Assembly: GCF_006345805.1 (NCBI RefSeq)
Contig: NC_043006.1
Coordinates: 20,150,001-20,214,000, forward strand
DNA from: Octopus sinensis
Lineage: Eukaryota
Direction: 5' to 3'
Length of the DNA: 64,000 nt
Part shown: positions 51,785 through 63,884 of the stretch, in pieces
How positions within the stretch are numbered: position 1 is the stretch's first letter
Layout: each line of letters opens with the position of its first letter
The notes under the pieces: model-generated
What the model saw: the letters and a program-made list of their open reading frames with translations, nothing else
Told to the model about the DNA's origin: nothing
The model's database searches: none
Program-made: the position numbers and the translations under genes

Positions 51785-52360
51785 TCATCATCATCATCGT
51801 TTAACGTCCGTTCTCCATGCTAGCATGGGTTGGACGGTTCAACCGGGGATCTGGGAAGCCAGAAGGCTGCACCAGGCTCCGGTCTTATCTGGCAATGTTT
51901 CTACAGCTGGAGCCCTTCCTAACGCCAACCACTCCGTGAGTGTAGTGGGTGCTTTTTACGTGCCACCTGCACTGGTGCCTGGTGAGGCTGGCATCGGCCA
52001 CGGTCGGATTGGTGCATTTTACGTGCCACCTGCACGGAAGCCAGTCGAGGCAGCACTGGCTTCGGCCACGATTCGGATGGTGCTTTTTACGTGCCACCGA
52101 CACGGAAGCCAGTTGAGGCGGCGCTGGCATCGGCCATGATTCGGATAGTGCTTTTTACGTATCTCCAGTCCAGGGGTCCTGGCATCTGCCGGGTGCCAGT
52201 CATAGGATTGGTTCAATTTCGATTCTGATTTCACTTGCCCCAACAGGTCTTCGCAAGCAAAGCGGGGTTGGCATAGGTGCCTGTCGTTGGATGAGGTTCG
52301 ATATCGACTTCGCTTGCCTCAACAGGTCTTTGTGTGTCCAAGGGAGGAAAGAAAACAAAC
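51785..52360 (-). mobile_element. Family C retroposon, longest 5' extension in the window
   Basis: Extends through two AAGACCTGTTG(A/G)GGCAAG units beyond other copies. Confidence 0.88.
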
Positions 52361-52885
52361 TGTGAATAAGGGTTGACACAGTCCATGATGACCTGTCTCA
52401 GCCATCTCAACATATATAAAAAGTGAACATTAATGGCATGTTGTTTGTGTGGTTTTGGGGTTTCATGACACAGGGCAACTGTCTTACACTATAGCTTTGT
52501 GTTGACTAATGCATTTTGAGCTGAATTTTGTGGACAGAAACTGTGCAAATGTCTGTTGCGTGTGATTATATTAGTTAAAAACTGGTGATGTTGTTTATGT
52601 CCCTTAGCGGTTTGATAAAATAAATACTAGGCTGAAGTAGGTACTGAAATCGAGGATGACCAAGCCTGTACACTTGGTGTTCCAGTGTGGTCACTGTTCC
52701 AATTACCAATTGAAGAATAAAAAAAATGTTGAGAATACTTCAGGTCTGTAGAAAAACTGCCAGATGTAGTGACCATTAGGTCTTTTAGCACTGTCGAAGA
52801 ACCAAGCCTATGAAGAACTGTGACCTTTATTATGAAAAATTTAGGTTCTTGTTACAGTTGTTTTTACTTACAACTATTATATTCT

Positions 52886-53438
52886 TTAATTGTTATCACC
52901 ATATTAATATGGCAATCTTATAGATATAAGACTAAAAGCTGTCACTGATTAGCTCCATGAGGCCATCGCCATAAGATAGCTATATGACACACAAACTGTG
53001 TCCATTAGAACCTTCGAACAAGGGAGGTCAGCCGCTTCACACTGCTAGTCAGACAGCTACTGACGCGTTTCAGGGTATTTGCCCCTTGTCAATGTAGCGT
53101 AGTCGACTCAGCAGGTGTCGCCACTGATCGTCTCTGTTCGAAGGTTCTATTTACCTATTTTCGGTGAAATACATCCACTTGTTTTCAATAATAGAAATAT
53201 TAAAATTACTAAGTCTCTCTAAAAGAGATTACAACAGCGTTACTGGAAATTAATTGTTATCGCCATATTAATATGGCAATCTTATAGATATAAGACTAAA
53301 AGCTGTCGCTGATTAGCTCCATGAGGCCATCGCCTTAAGATAGCTATATGACACACAAACTGAAACGCGTCTGTAGCTGTCTGACTAGCAGTGTGAAGCG
53401 GCTGACCTCCCTTGTTCGAAGGTTCTAATGGACACAGT
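52886..53438. mobile_element. Penelope-like retroelement terminal remnant (direct plus inverted repeats)
   Basis: 113-bp direct repeat (52886-52998 and 53250-53362), each followed by the same 79-bp segment in opposite orientations (52995-53073 and 53360-53438); contains a hammerhead motif. Penelope assignment is inferred; no PLE ORF is present. Confidence 0.6.
53056..53098 (-). ncRNA. Degenerate minimal type I hammerhead ribozyme motif
   Basis: Minus strand GCTACA-TTGACAA-GGGG-CAAATA-CCCT-GAAAC-GC-GTC-AGTAGC: stem I, core (2 mismatches to CUGANGA), stem II, GAAA, palindromic stem III ACGCGT, GUC cleavage triplet. Confidence 0.6.
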
Positions 53439-54224
53439 GATTCTAGCAACTACTGAGGCTGCAAATTGGCAGCCATTAGAGCATTGGATACTATTTATTC
53501 CAACTGTCTGCACTCTGAGTTCGAGTCCAGCTGAGGTCAACTTTACTTTTTGCCCTTTCAGGGTCTGTAAAAATGTTCCAATTCTGAGTATTGGATTCTT
53601 GAAAATTTAAAAGCTTTGGACTGGATGCATTGTGATATTTGTTCCAGTTCTTTCCCTCACACGTTCAAATCCTGCCATAGCTTCCCTGAGACATAGACGT
53701 TAATCTGTTGCCTATTTTAACATCATCACCTGGGACCTCGGGTCTTTTTATGAATTATGCAAGCTTTTAAGTTAGGTGTCTGATGTAAGGATAACTCCCT
53801 CTTTATGCCAGTTTTAGAACCCTAACTGCTTCCCCTCCTGATTATGAAATAAATAAATTGAAAAATAAACTACAAATATTTAGAAAGCATTGTGGGAAAT
53901 TGGAATTTGTGTCATTGTATTAGAATTAATGCCATCCTCTATTCTTATGGCAGAATAGAATGCTAAACTAGTGTTCACTGTGACAAGAATGAAAATATTA
54001 CGTAACAACAATCAATCAATATCCTATATATCATTGATTGATCATTCACTGGCACATGAATGTAATACACACTCTCTCTCTCTCAGCCAGTAAAGACCTT
54101 GTAGCTTCTGTCTTGTGAGCTACACCTGCCCTTTAGTGTTGTTAAGGGTTGCAAATTCTTAGTGAGGACCCAAGACCCATCACTATATATTTTCATTATG
54201 AGTTCTCAAACTGCCAAATTTTAG

Positions 54225-54385
54225 GCCCCTTCGACAAAAATAATCATAATTTTTTGCTTTCCACCTGCACTTCTTTATTGATAGTAGTTACGCACTGGGG
54301 TCGATGTAATCGACTTAATACCTATGTCTGTCCTTGTTTGTCCCCTCTGTGTTTAGCCCCTTGTGGGTAATAAAGAAATAGGTAG
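54225..54385 (+). mobile_element. SINE family D, partial
   Basis: 3' half ending AAAGAAATAGGTA. Confidence 0.78.
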
Positions 54386-54794
54386 TGGGGGACGAAAACA
54401 CACACACACACACACACAAAACAACCCTTTTTCAGTTTCTATCCACCAAATCCACTCGCAAGTCTTTGGTTAACCTGAGGCTATAATAGAAAACACTTGC
54501 TCAAGGTGTCACACATTGGAACTGAACCCGGAACCATGTGATTGTGAAGCAAGCTTCTTACCACACAGCCATACCTGCACTTATGTAGCAACCCTTGCCC
54601 TGTTATTGAATAAATTTAATAGTTTACTGCTACAAACATCTTAATTTTACTATATTAAACATGGTAATTTGCCTTCTTTTCCGTCCTCTTTATTAGATTT
54701 AGAGGTTATCTCCATCTCCTGTGAGAAACTCCATTACCTAGATAGTTTGTACTCAGAGTATTAACCAAGTTAATTTTCGTGATTTAGTTTTAGA

Positions 54795-55252
54795 ATCGAA
54801 ATCGGAATCGAAATTGAACCAATTCTATGACTGGCACCTGGCAGATGCCAGGATCCCTGGACTGGAGATACGTAAAAAGCACTATCCGAATTGTGGCCGA
54901 TGCCAGCGCCGCCTTGACTGGCTTCCATGTCGGTGGCACGTAAAAAGCACCATCCGAATCGTGGCCAAAGCCAGAGCCGCCTCGACTGGCTTCCGTGCAG
55001 GTGGCACGTAAAATGCACCAATCCGACCGTGCCCAATGCCAGCCTCGCCTGGCTCCAGTGCAGGTGGCACGTAAAAAGCACCCACTACACTCACGGAGTG
55101 GTTGGCGTTAGGAAGGGCATCCAGCTGTAGAAACATTGCCAGATAAGACCGGAGCCTGGTGCAGCCTCCTGGCTTCCCAGATCCCCGGTCGAACCGTCCA
55201 ACCCATGCTAGCATGGAGAACGGACGTTAAACGATGATGATGATGATGATGA
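54795..55252 (+). mobile_element. Family C retroposon
   Basis: Same subfamily as 2848, 51785 and 59243. Confidence 0.9.
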
Positions 55253-56307
55253 GTTTTGTATCTTTACTTTCAGTTGTTATTCAAGACTGATGCTAGCTTG
55301 TCACTGGTTTTAATTCTTAAATATAGAAAAGGAAGAGTACCAATTTAGAAAATGTCTAAAACCATTATTATAATGTATTTAAAGTTTTGTGTTGCAAGTT
55401 GTTGGCCTGAACTGGCATTAAAATGATGTTGATGACAGTGCTGGTGGTAGTTTTGTGTGTGTGTCTTATCATTAGCTACAACAAAAAGCACAATTTGGAC
55501 ATTGAATGAATTGAGTCAGCATTTCATTCTCAAACTGGCATGTGATATATTTAATTCTAACACCCATTCACCAAAAATAGTTGTTGAATAAGAAATGTGG
55601 AGCTAATTAATTGTCGATTGTAAAAATAGCAGTGTATTGCTGTGAGGTGATGACCGTGGTAGTTGTATTTTACCTGCATAATTCCTTCTTAATTTTGTTG
55701 TATCTTAAATATTTGGAGCAGGTGTACATTGATGGATGGGTTGAACCATTAGTGTTGGTACAAAAAGAAAAATGCCTTGTGGGGATTAGATCCATTGACT
55801 TTGACTTTCGCTTTGTAGTCTCTAAAATAAAGTAGTAATCAGCTTAATCAACTATATCTACTCCGGAGGTGGGGGAGTTTCTTTATAACAAAGTTAGGAA
55901 TCAATATGTGGAAAATTTGTTTCATCTATCATTTTCTGTCTCCAAATATAAGGAAATTTGTCAGATCATGGTTATATTTGGTACTATTTAAGTAGCTTGT
56001 GCATTATTTTTGTTTCGTCAGATAGGTTCTATTTCTTCACATGAAAGCATTATTTTACAGAAATCAAACAGTTCTAATAAATATCTTCTAAATCTTACTT
56101 AACAACAACAAATCGCACATTCATTGGGTGAGTCATTTTATTACTATTTCTTCAGCAAGTGATGAGGTTAGAATAAGACCGAAACCTAAGTTGCCCCTGC
56201 TTGCTAGTAAAATGAAAATATTTCCTTGGCTTATGTTTTTCTTTACATCACACCATATAAACAATGTCACCATGTAAACAATAGACTGTCATTGTTTACA
56301 TTTGCTG

Positions 56308-56535
56308 TTAACCTTTTCGTTACCAACCTGGCTGAAACCGCCTCTGGCTCTGAGTACAAATGTCTTGTTTTCATAAGTTTTGAATTAAAATCTTCCACCA
56401 AACCTTAGTCACACTTTATGTTCCTAACACCAGCTTAATGATAACGAAGTTATTTTACAAAATTCTTTGTTATATCTAAAATAATTGAGAGAAACACAGA
56501 GCATCCCAAAATAAATACAGTAACGAAAGGGTTAA
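56308..56535. mobile_element. piggyBac-type MITE (family F)
   Basis: TTAA-CCTTTTCGTTAC...GTAACGAAAGGG-TTAA. Confidence 0.8.
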
Positions 56536-56761
56536 AGTTTGTCTTGGCTGTTGGGTACCCAAGGGAATAGGTATCTTATTTGGAAGCATAGGTTTGGAAC
56601 AGTTAAGGCATCTAGCTGTAGAAAAACTGCCTCAATAAGCCTTGTCTAATTACTACTAGCATCCAATAAGTAAGCATTAAAATGATGTAAATTGCCTACT
56701 TGCTTAAAGCCTTCATTTCATGTTGGAGTTGGGCGAGTGCCATCATGACAGTTTTTCTTCA

Positions 56762-57018
56762 TCTGTCGGTGGCATGTAAAAAGCACCATCCGAATCGTGG
56801 CTGAAGCCAGTGCCGCCTCGACTGGCTTCCGTGCCGGTGGCACGTAAAATGCACCCACTACACTCACGAAGTGGTTGGCGTTAGGAAGGGCATCCAGCTG
56901 TAGAAACATTGCCAGATAAGACCGGAGCCTGGTGCAGCCTTCTGGCTTCCCAGATTCCCGGTCGAACCATCCAACCCATGCTAGCATGGAGAACGGACGT
57001 TAAACGATGATGCTGATG
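56762..57018 (+). mobile_element. Family C retroposon
   Basis: Units, core and tail. Confidence 0.88.
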
Positions 57019-58402
57019 ATGTTGCAGCAGAATGCTAGAACTGAGGTTTGCATTTATGATTTTACTTTTCTATTCTTTAACATTGTCCAAGCATCTTTTC
57101 TTTTATCCACTTCTCCTTCTGCCTTCCATGATCTTTGCGAAACCAGTGATCATACCATAGTTTTCTGGGTTTTTTTCACTATTAATTTCATTTACCACTT
57201 GCATACAGGACGATAGTATCAGTACATGTAGGTTCCATCTCATAAAATCTCTCATCTTAAAATGTCCATCATTTAATGTCTGTTGTCTATGCTGGCGTGG
57301 TTTGGGTGGTTTGACCAGAGCTGTCCATATTTGAATTAAAAAAGTTTCATAATTTTAGTAACTAAAATGAAAATTATTTTGATGGAAGTCTTAATTATTT
57401 TCAAAGGTAATGCGAGTTTATGGCCAGTTATTCAATTGATATTATGGTCATAAAAGGGTTAAGTATTTTTAAATGAGTACTGAATATTTTCAGATAGTGC
57501 TAACTATACATGTGTCACCATCGGGTTAGTATCTGGAATAAGTCTCATAGCTTTGATGGCTGCCTAATAGTGGTAGATTCAAAATAATTACTTTCTAATG
57601 TTTTTGTTGCTTTTGTATCTGTTGATTTGAAATTACAAACCTCTTTTATGTCTCCTAGACTTACCCCCTTGCCATTAGCTTTGGACAAAGCTTATTTATT
57701 AATCCATATCGACATAGGAAAAGAGATGAAGAATCATTGAAGATGTTGCAGTTTTGCTTGCTGTTGAAATAGAAGCTAAAAACTGTTGGTGTATTTATGT
57801 AGTTTGCTTCATAACTATGTGGTTTTGGGTTCAATCCTACTGCTCAACACCTTGGGCAAATATCTTCTATTCCTTATTTGGTTGGTAGGAATTGTAGGAA
57901 GCTTGTGTGTCCGTGTCCGTGTCCAAGAATGTGCACATCTCATAAGTTTTGCCTGTCACTCCCTGTGTCGAATGCTGATACATTCTTGTTGACATTATGA
58001 TCAGTTGCTTTGAGTTTTAAAAGACCTGTAGAATAAAAGAAATACGGAGATGTACTTGCATAGCGAGTGACTTGATCTGAGATCGTGTGCTGGAACGAAA
58101 ACAATTGCAGCATGGAAGGTGTTTATAGGATGCAGCACGAAGCTTTGTCAGTGAACAGGTCACGGTCTCAAAGCGACAAAAATATTTTGACAAATTAAAT
58201 TTAAATGTTGAAGTGAATCTAACAGTTTTGTGTGTTTCTTAAATGGCTTATAAACACCTTCCACACTGCAGTTGTTTATAAAAGAAATATATTTCTTGAA
58301 AAGCAGGTACGGGTGGGTGACAGGAAGAACATCCAACTAAAATTCTGCCTTCAAATAAATTTCAGTCCTACCTGTTCTAGCATGGAAAAATGGATATTAA
58401 AT

Positions 58403-58798
58403 ACTCTTTTACTTGTTTCAGTCATATGACTGCGGCCATGCTGGAGCACTGCCTTTAATCGAGCAACTCGACCCCGGGACTTATTCTTTTGTAAGCCCAG
58501 TACTTATTCTATCGGCCTCTTTTGCTGAACTGCTAAGTAATGGGGACATAAACACACCAGCATCGGTTGTCAAGCAATGCTAGGGGTCAAACACAGACAC
58601 ACACACACATACGCATATATATATATATATATATATGACGGACTTCTTTCAGTTTCCGTCTACCAAATCCACTCACAAGGCTTTGGTCGGCCCGAGGCTA
58701 TAGTAGAAGACACTTGCCCAAGGTGCCACGCAGTGGGACTGAACCCGGAACTGTGTTTTGGTAAACAAGCTACTTACCACACAGCCACTCCTGCACCT
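58403..58798 (-). mobile_element. SINE family A
   Basis: Full-length copy. Confidence 0.9.
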
Positions 58799-59162
58799 AT
58801 TGAATATGAATTTGATGTAAATCGATGAATATTGGTTAATAATAATCTTCAACACACACACATTTTTTAAAACTTAGCTATCAGTAACTCTGTTCTACTG
58901 TGTTTTAATCTATATTCTTTTTTATCTTTGCTAAATTATGGTCATGTAATACTTTGATTGTTCTTATGTTAAACATGTTCTGTCAAACTGGTCTTTATAT
59001 TTCTCCACTCAGATCTTAGTGGTTTGAAATTTTTGCTTTCTAATCTAGAAAAAGCCCTCCAGTTCTTGTGACTAATTTTTTTTTTCCATCTCTCAGAGCA
59101 TCATTGCATTGGAGATAGGAACATATTGACCATACACAGCAACAACAAAGCAGCAGTGTTAT

Positions 59163-59762
59163 TTAACCTTCTAGCATTCAGACTGCTTATTTATTCACAT
59201 TCTTTTAAATTAATCATGCATTATCTTGTTACTTTGAGATTGCTTGCGAAGACCTGTTGGGGCAAGTGAAATCGAAATTGAACCAATCCTATGACTGGCA
59301 CCCGGCAGATGCCAGGACCCCTGGACTGGAGATACGTAAAAAGCACTATCTGAATCGTGGCCGAAGCCAGTGCCGCCTCGACTGGCTTCCGTGCAGGTGG
59401 CACGTAAAATGCATCAATCCGACCGTGGCCGATGCCAGCCTCGCCTGGCACCAGTGCAGGTGGCACGTAAAAAGCACCCACTACACTCACGGAGTGGTTG
59501 GCGTATGGAAGGGCATCCAGCTGTAGAAACATTGCCAGATAAGACCGGAGCCTGCTGCAGCCTTCTGGCTTCCCAGATCCCCGGTCGAACCGTCCAACCC
59601 ATGCTAGCATGGAGAACAGACGTTAAACGATGATGATGATGAATGTTATTTTTAGAATGACATGGGAGGATAGGTTTGAGAAGCTGGATCTGGCAAATTT
59701 GTAATTAAAAATAGGTAGAATATTTTGGCCGGATATGGCTGGTTTAAATGCTAAAGGGTTAA
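59163..59762. mobile_element. Family E MITE interrupted by a family C retroposon (59243-59641, plus)
   Basis: TTAACCTTCTAGCA left end and TGCTAAAGGGTTAA right end flank the insertion. Confidence 0.82.
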
Positions 59763-59797
59763 GTAGCTAAAATGTGTGTTAATTTGAGGGAAGTAAC

Positions 59798-60296
59798 ATC
59801 ATCATCATCATTTAGCGTCCGTTTTCCATGCTAGCATGGGTTGGACGGTTCAACTGAGGTCGGGGGAGCCCGAAGGCTGCACCAGGCCAGTCAGATCTGG
59901 CAGTGTTTCTACAGCTGGATGCCCTTCCTAACGCCAACCACTCCGAGAGTGTAGTGGGTGATTTTATGTGCCACCGACACAGATGCCAGACGAGGCTGGT
60001 GAACGGCCACGCTCGGATGGTGTTTTTATGTGCCACCGACACAGGTGCCAGACGAGGCTGGCAGACGGCCACGCTCGGATGGTGTTTTTATGTGCCACCG
60101 ACACGGGTGCCAGATGAGGCTGGCGGACGGCCACGATCGGATGGTGTTTGTTACGTCCCCAAAGCACGGAGGCCAGTCTATGCGGTACTGGCTACGGCCA
60201 CGTTCGGATGATTTTCTTGTGTGCCACCGCCACTGGTACCACAAAGATACAAATTCCATTGATGTTCATCTATTTTGATTTGTTTTGATTTGATTT
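59798..60296 (-). mobile_element. Family C retroposon with 63-bp units and a distinct 5' extension
   Basis: Units match those of the 40672 array; 5' part differs from the 51785 copy. Confidence 0.88.
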
Positions 60297-60768
60297 TTCA
60301 AAATTAAATGATTGCTGTAGTAATACTATGTCAGGCACGGGCAACCTTTTTTTTGAGATTCAGGCTGCATAAGACATGGCTCATCATCAGACAGTGGCAT
60401 GCTATTCAAATGGTCCTGCAGGTCACAGCTTGCCCATAAATGGTGTATATTTTAACATAAGTATTTCTTTATTTGTCACAAAGGTCTAAAACACAGATGG
60501 GATGATACAAGGACAGACAGAGACAGTACATGTAGGGACATAAAATATAAAAATGATGAATGAAATGAAAATATGTATAAAATGAGGATGAATGTCATTG
60601 CCTGAGCCCCACCCTCAGCAATCTCGTTTTTACTGTTCATTATCTGTTAAATCATCAAATCAATTTTACTTACCCTATGAAATAAGGTTCCAGTTTTTTA
60701 TATTCTTCCACCTGGCTAGAGTTTCAAACTTCACCTCTGTCCCCAGTGGGGCTATATGAGATTTGTAA

Positions 60769-61010
60769 TCATCATCATCATCATCATCGTTTAACATCCG
60801 TTCTCCATGCTAGCATGGGTTGGACGGTTCGACCGGGGATCTGGGAAGCCAGAAGGCTGCACCAGGCTCCGGTCTTATCTGGCAATGTTTCTACAGCTGG
60901 ATGCCCTTCCTAACGCCAACCACTCCGTGAGTGTAGTGGGTGCTTTTTATGTGCCACCTGCACAGGTGCCAGGCGAGGCTGGCAACGGCCACGATCGGAT
61001 TGGTGCATTT
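60769..61010 (-). mobile_element. Family C retroposon
   Basis: (CAT)n tail, core and one unit; joined to a family D fragment at about 61010-61060. Confidence 0.88.
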
Positions 61011-61063
61011 TCTGAGTTCAAATTTCGCTGAGGTCAGTTTTGCTTTTCATCCTTTTAAGGTTG

Positions 61064-61669
61064 TAAACTGGCCATATCCGGCCAAAAGTATTCTATCTGT
61101 TTTATGGTCAAACTGGCCAGATCTGGTCTCTCACACCAACCCTACAATATCGTTTTAAAAATTAACAGCTACCTCATCAAAATTTCAAAGCTACAAGATG
61201 ATGCATGATTAGTTCAAGGTAATACTCTCTCTTTTTTACTTGTTTCAGTCATTTGACTGTGGCCATGCTGGAGCACCGCCTTTAGTCGAGCAAATCGACC
61301 CCGGGACTTATTGTTTGTAAGCCCAGTACTTATTCTATCGGTCTCTTTTGCTGAACCGCTAAGTGACGGGGACGTAAACACACCAGCATCGGTTGTCAAG
61401 CAATGCTAGGGGGACAGACACAGACACACACATACATATATATATATATACAACAGGCTTCTTTCAGTTTCCGTCTACCAAATCCACTCACATGGCATTG
61501 GTCGGCCCAGGGCTATAGCAGAAGGCACTTGCCCAAGATGCCACGCAGTGGGACTGAACCCAGAACCATGTGGTTGGTTAGTAAGCTACTTACCACACAG
61601 CCACTCCTGCGCAATGTGGATAAAAAAAGCATTAATTTTGGCAGAATAACGTGAACACTAAAGGGTTAA
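61064..61669. mobile_element. Family E MITE interrupted by a SINE family A copy (61224-61612, minus)
   Basis: MITE body on both sides, ending CTAAAGGGTTAA. Confidence 0.8.
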
Positions 61670-62700
61670 ATAAGTACCTGTTGAATAGTGGAGTCGATGT
61701 AATTGACTAAAAAGTAGTCTTTAAAAACTTTCTCTTTTATCCTGTGGGTATAATTTCATTGTTTATGATTCTGCAGAATCAACGGAACATAGCTGAAACA
61801 TCCTGGTTTTGTACAGCAGTTTTATATTACAAAACTAACATAAAATTATGGCACTGCATAGATGGGGCGGTGTAAGATGTTTATCATGTGTGGTATTTGT
61901 ATACAAGATTTTCATTTTGTTCACCTTGGTGGTGTTACACATGAAGCTGGCCTTGAAATTCTAGCATCATAATAACATTCTACTGAATCACTAACTTGAA
62001 GCTGACTGCATGCCTAGTGTTCTTTGCTGCAGTATAAGAATGCAGTTCTTTCATATTTGAATTTATCTTGATTATCTTTTCAGTAGGTTTCCTGTATTTT
62101 GTATTAATATATAAAACCATCTTTAGACTTCTGTTTCAAATATTCTTCACATGTATGATGCCTGCATTACTTTGTGTAGTTATCTTCAAATATATGTAGC
62201 CTGTCTGATAGAAATTGCAGGTGCACTTCTTTAGATCTATTTTGTCTTATCTTTTTCTCCGTTTCACTCGTTAGACTGGCCATGCTGAGGCACTGCCCTG
62301 AAGAATTTTATTTTAGTTGAATGAATTGACCCTAGTACTTTTTTTTTTTTTTTTTTTTTTTTTAAGCTTGGTACTTGCTCTATCAGTCACTTTTTTCAAA
62401 CCACTAAGTTATGGGGGTGTAAACACAACAGCACCAGTTGTGAAGTGGTGGTGGGGTGTGGGTACATGCATACATACTTACACACACACACATGTACACA
62501 CAATGGTCCTCTTTCACTTTTTGCAGACCAAATCCACTCACAAAGCTTTTATCAGCCCAATGATATAGAAGACACTTGCCCAAGGTACCACAGAGCCACA
62601 CCTGCACCTAGATGTTTAAACATTATTTTGAGCAAATGTTTTTTTTTTTTCCCCAAATGTTATTATTGAAGGGCTATTGATTGGCAGAATACTTTTATGT

Positions 62701-63010
62701 TTTACATTATTCGACTGGCTTCTGTGCCGGTGGCATGTAAAAAGCACCATCCGAACGTGGCCGATGCCAGCGCCGCCTTGACTGGCTTCCGTGCCGGTGG
62801 CACGTTAAAAGCACCAACCGATCGTGGCTGCTGCCAGTGGCACATAAAAAGCACCCACTACACTCGTGGAGTGGTTGGCGTTAGGAAGGGCATCCAGCTG
62901 TAGAAACACTGCCAGATCAGACTGGAGCCTGGTGCAACCTCCTGGCTTCCCAGACCCCAGTCGAACCATCCAACCTGTGCTAGCGCGAAAACGGACGTTA
63001 AACGATGATG
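62701..63010 (+). mobile_element. Family C retroposon with a 25-bp TSD
   Basis: ATTGATTGGCAGAATACTTTTATGT at 62676-62700 and 63011-63035. Confidence 0.93.
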
Positions 63011-63202
63011 ATTGATTGGCAGAATACTTTTATGTGATAGTTGTAAACGAGTGTCACCATCATACAAGCAAAGTCCTTGTTTCCACTATTCTCTGGAAAG
63101 GTATGTGGTCATGCGATGTTATCTTACTTGGAAACAAGTGAGGGTTGGTTGCAGGAAAGGCATCCAGCTGTAGAAAATTTACTGCACCAAGTTCCAGCCA
63201 AC

Positions 63203-63490
63203 CCATCATCATCATCATTATTTAGTGTCTGCTTTTCATGCTGGCATGGGTTAGATGGTTTGACTGGAGTTGGAAAGCTGCACCAAGTTCCAGTCAGGTT
63301 CGGCATAGTTTCTGTAGGTGGATACCCTTCCTAACGCCAACCACTCCAAGTGTGTAATGGATGCTTTTTATGTGCCACTGGCACAGGTGCTTTTTTATGT
63401 TCCACTGGCGCAGGTGCTTTTCTATGTGCCACCAGCACAGGTGCTTTTGTATGTGCTACTGGCACAGGTACTTTTCTATGTGCCACTGGA
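63203..63490 (-). mobile_element. Old family C-related element with five ~27-bp tandem units
   Basis: TTTT(C/T)TATGTGCCACTGGCACAGGTGC iterated over 63360-63490. Confidence 0.7.
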
Positions 63491-63677
63491 TGATTTTGGT
63501 TGCTCTTGCTGTTGATACCATCTTTCTCTTCCCTCTTGGAATAGCTAATTTCCTGATGAAGGGTAATGTTTTAGAATGTATCCTCCTTCAGAAATTGTTA
63601 CAAACAGAACCAAAACAGACCGTTTTATCTTCAATATGTTTCCTCTTACTTATGATTCTCTCATAAGTTTAACTTGT

Positions 63678-63840
63678 CGCAGGAGTGGCTGTGTGGTAAG
63701 TAGCTTGCTAACCAACCACATGGTTCCGGGCTCAGTCCCACTGCGTGGCATCTTGGGCAAGTGCCTTCTGCTATAGCCCCGGGCCGACCAATGCCTTGTG
63801 AGTGGATTTGGTAGACGGAAACTGAAAGAAGCCTGTCGTA

Positions 63841-63884
<44 letters not shown>

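Noticed and set aside
55730-55835. VYIDGWVEPLVLVQKEKCLVGIRSIDFDFRF open frame
   Set aside because: Weak acceptor, no consensus donor and no recognisable protein.
59013-59067. DLSGLKFLLSNLEKALQFL, reminiscent of a calponin-homology helix
   Set aside because: Weak donor, isolated, and no other CH-domain exons found.
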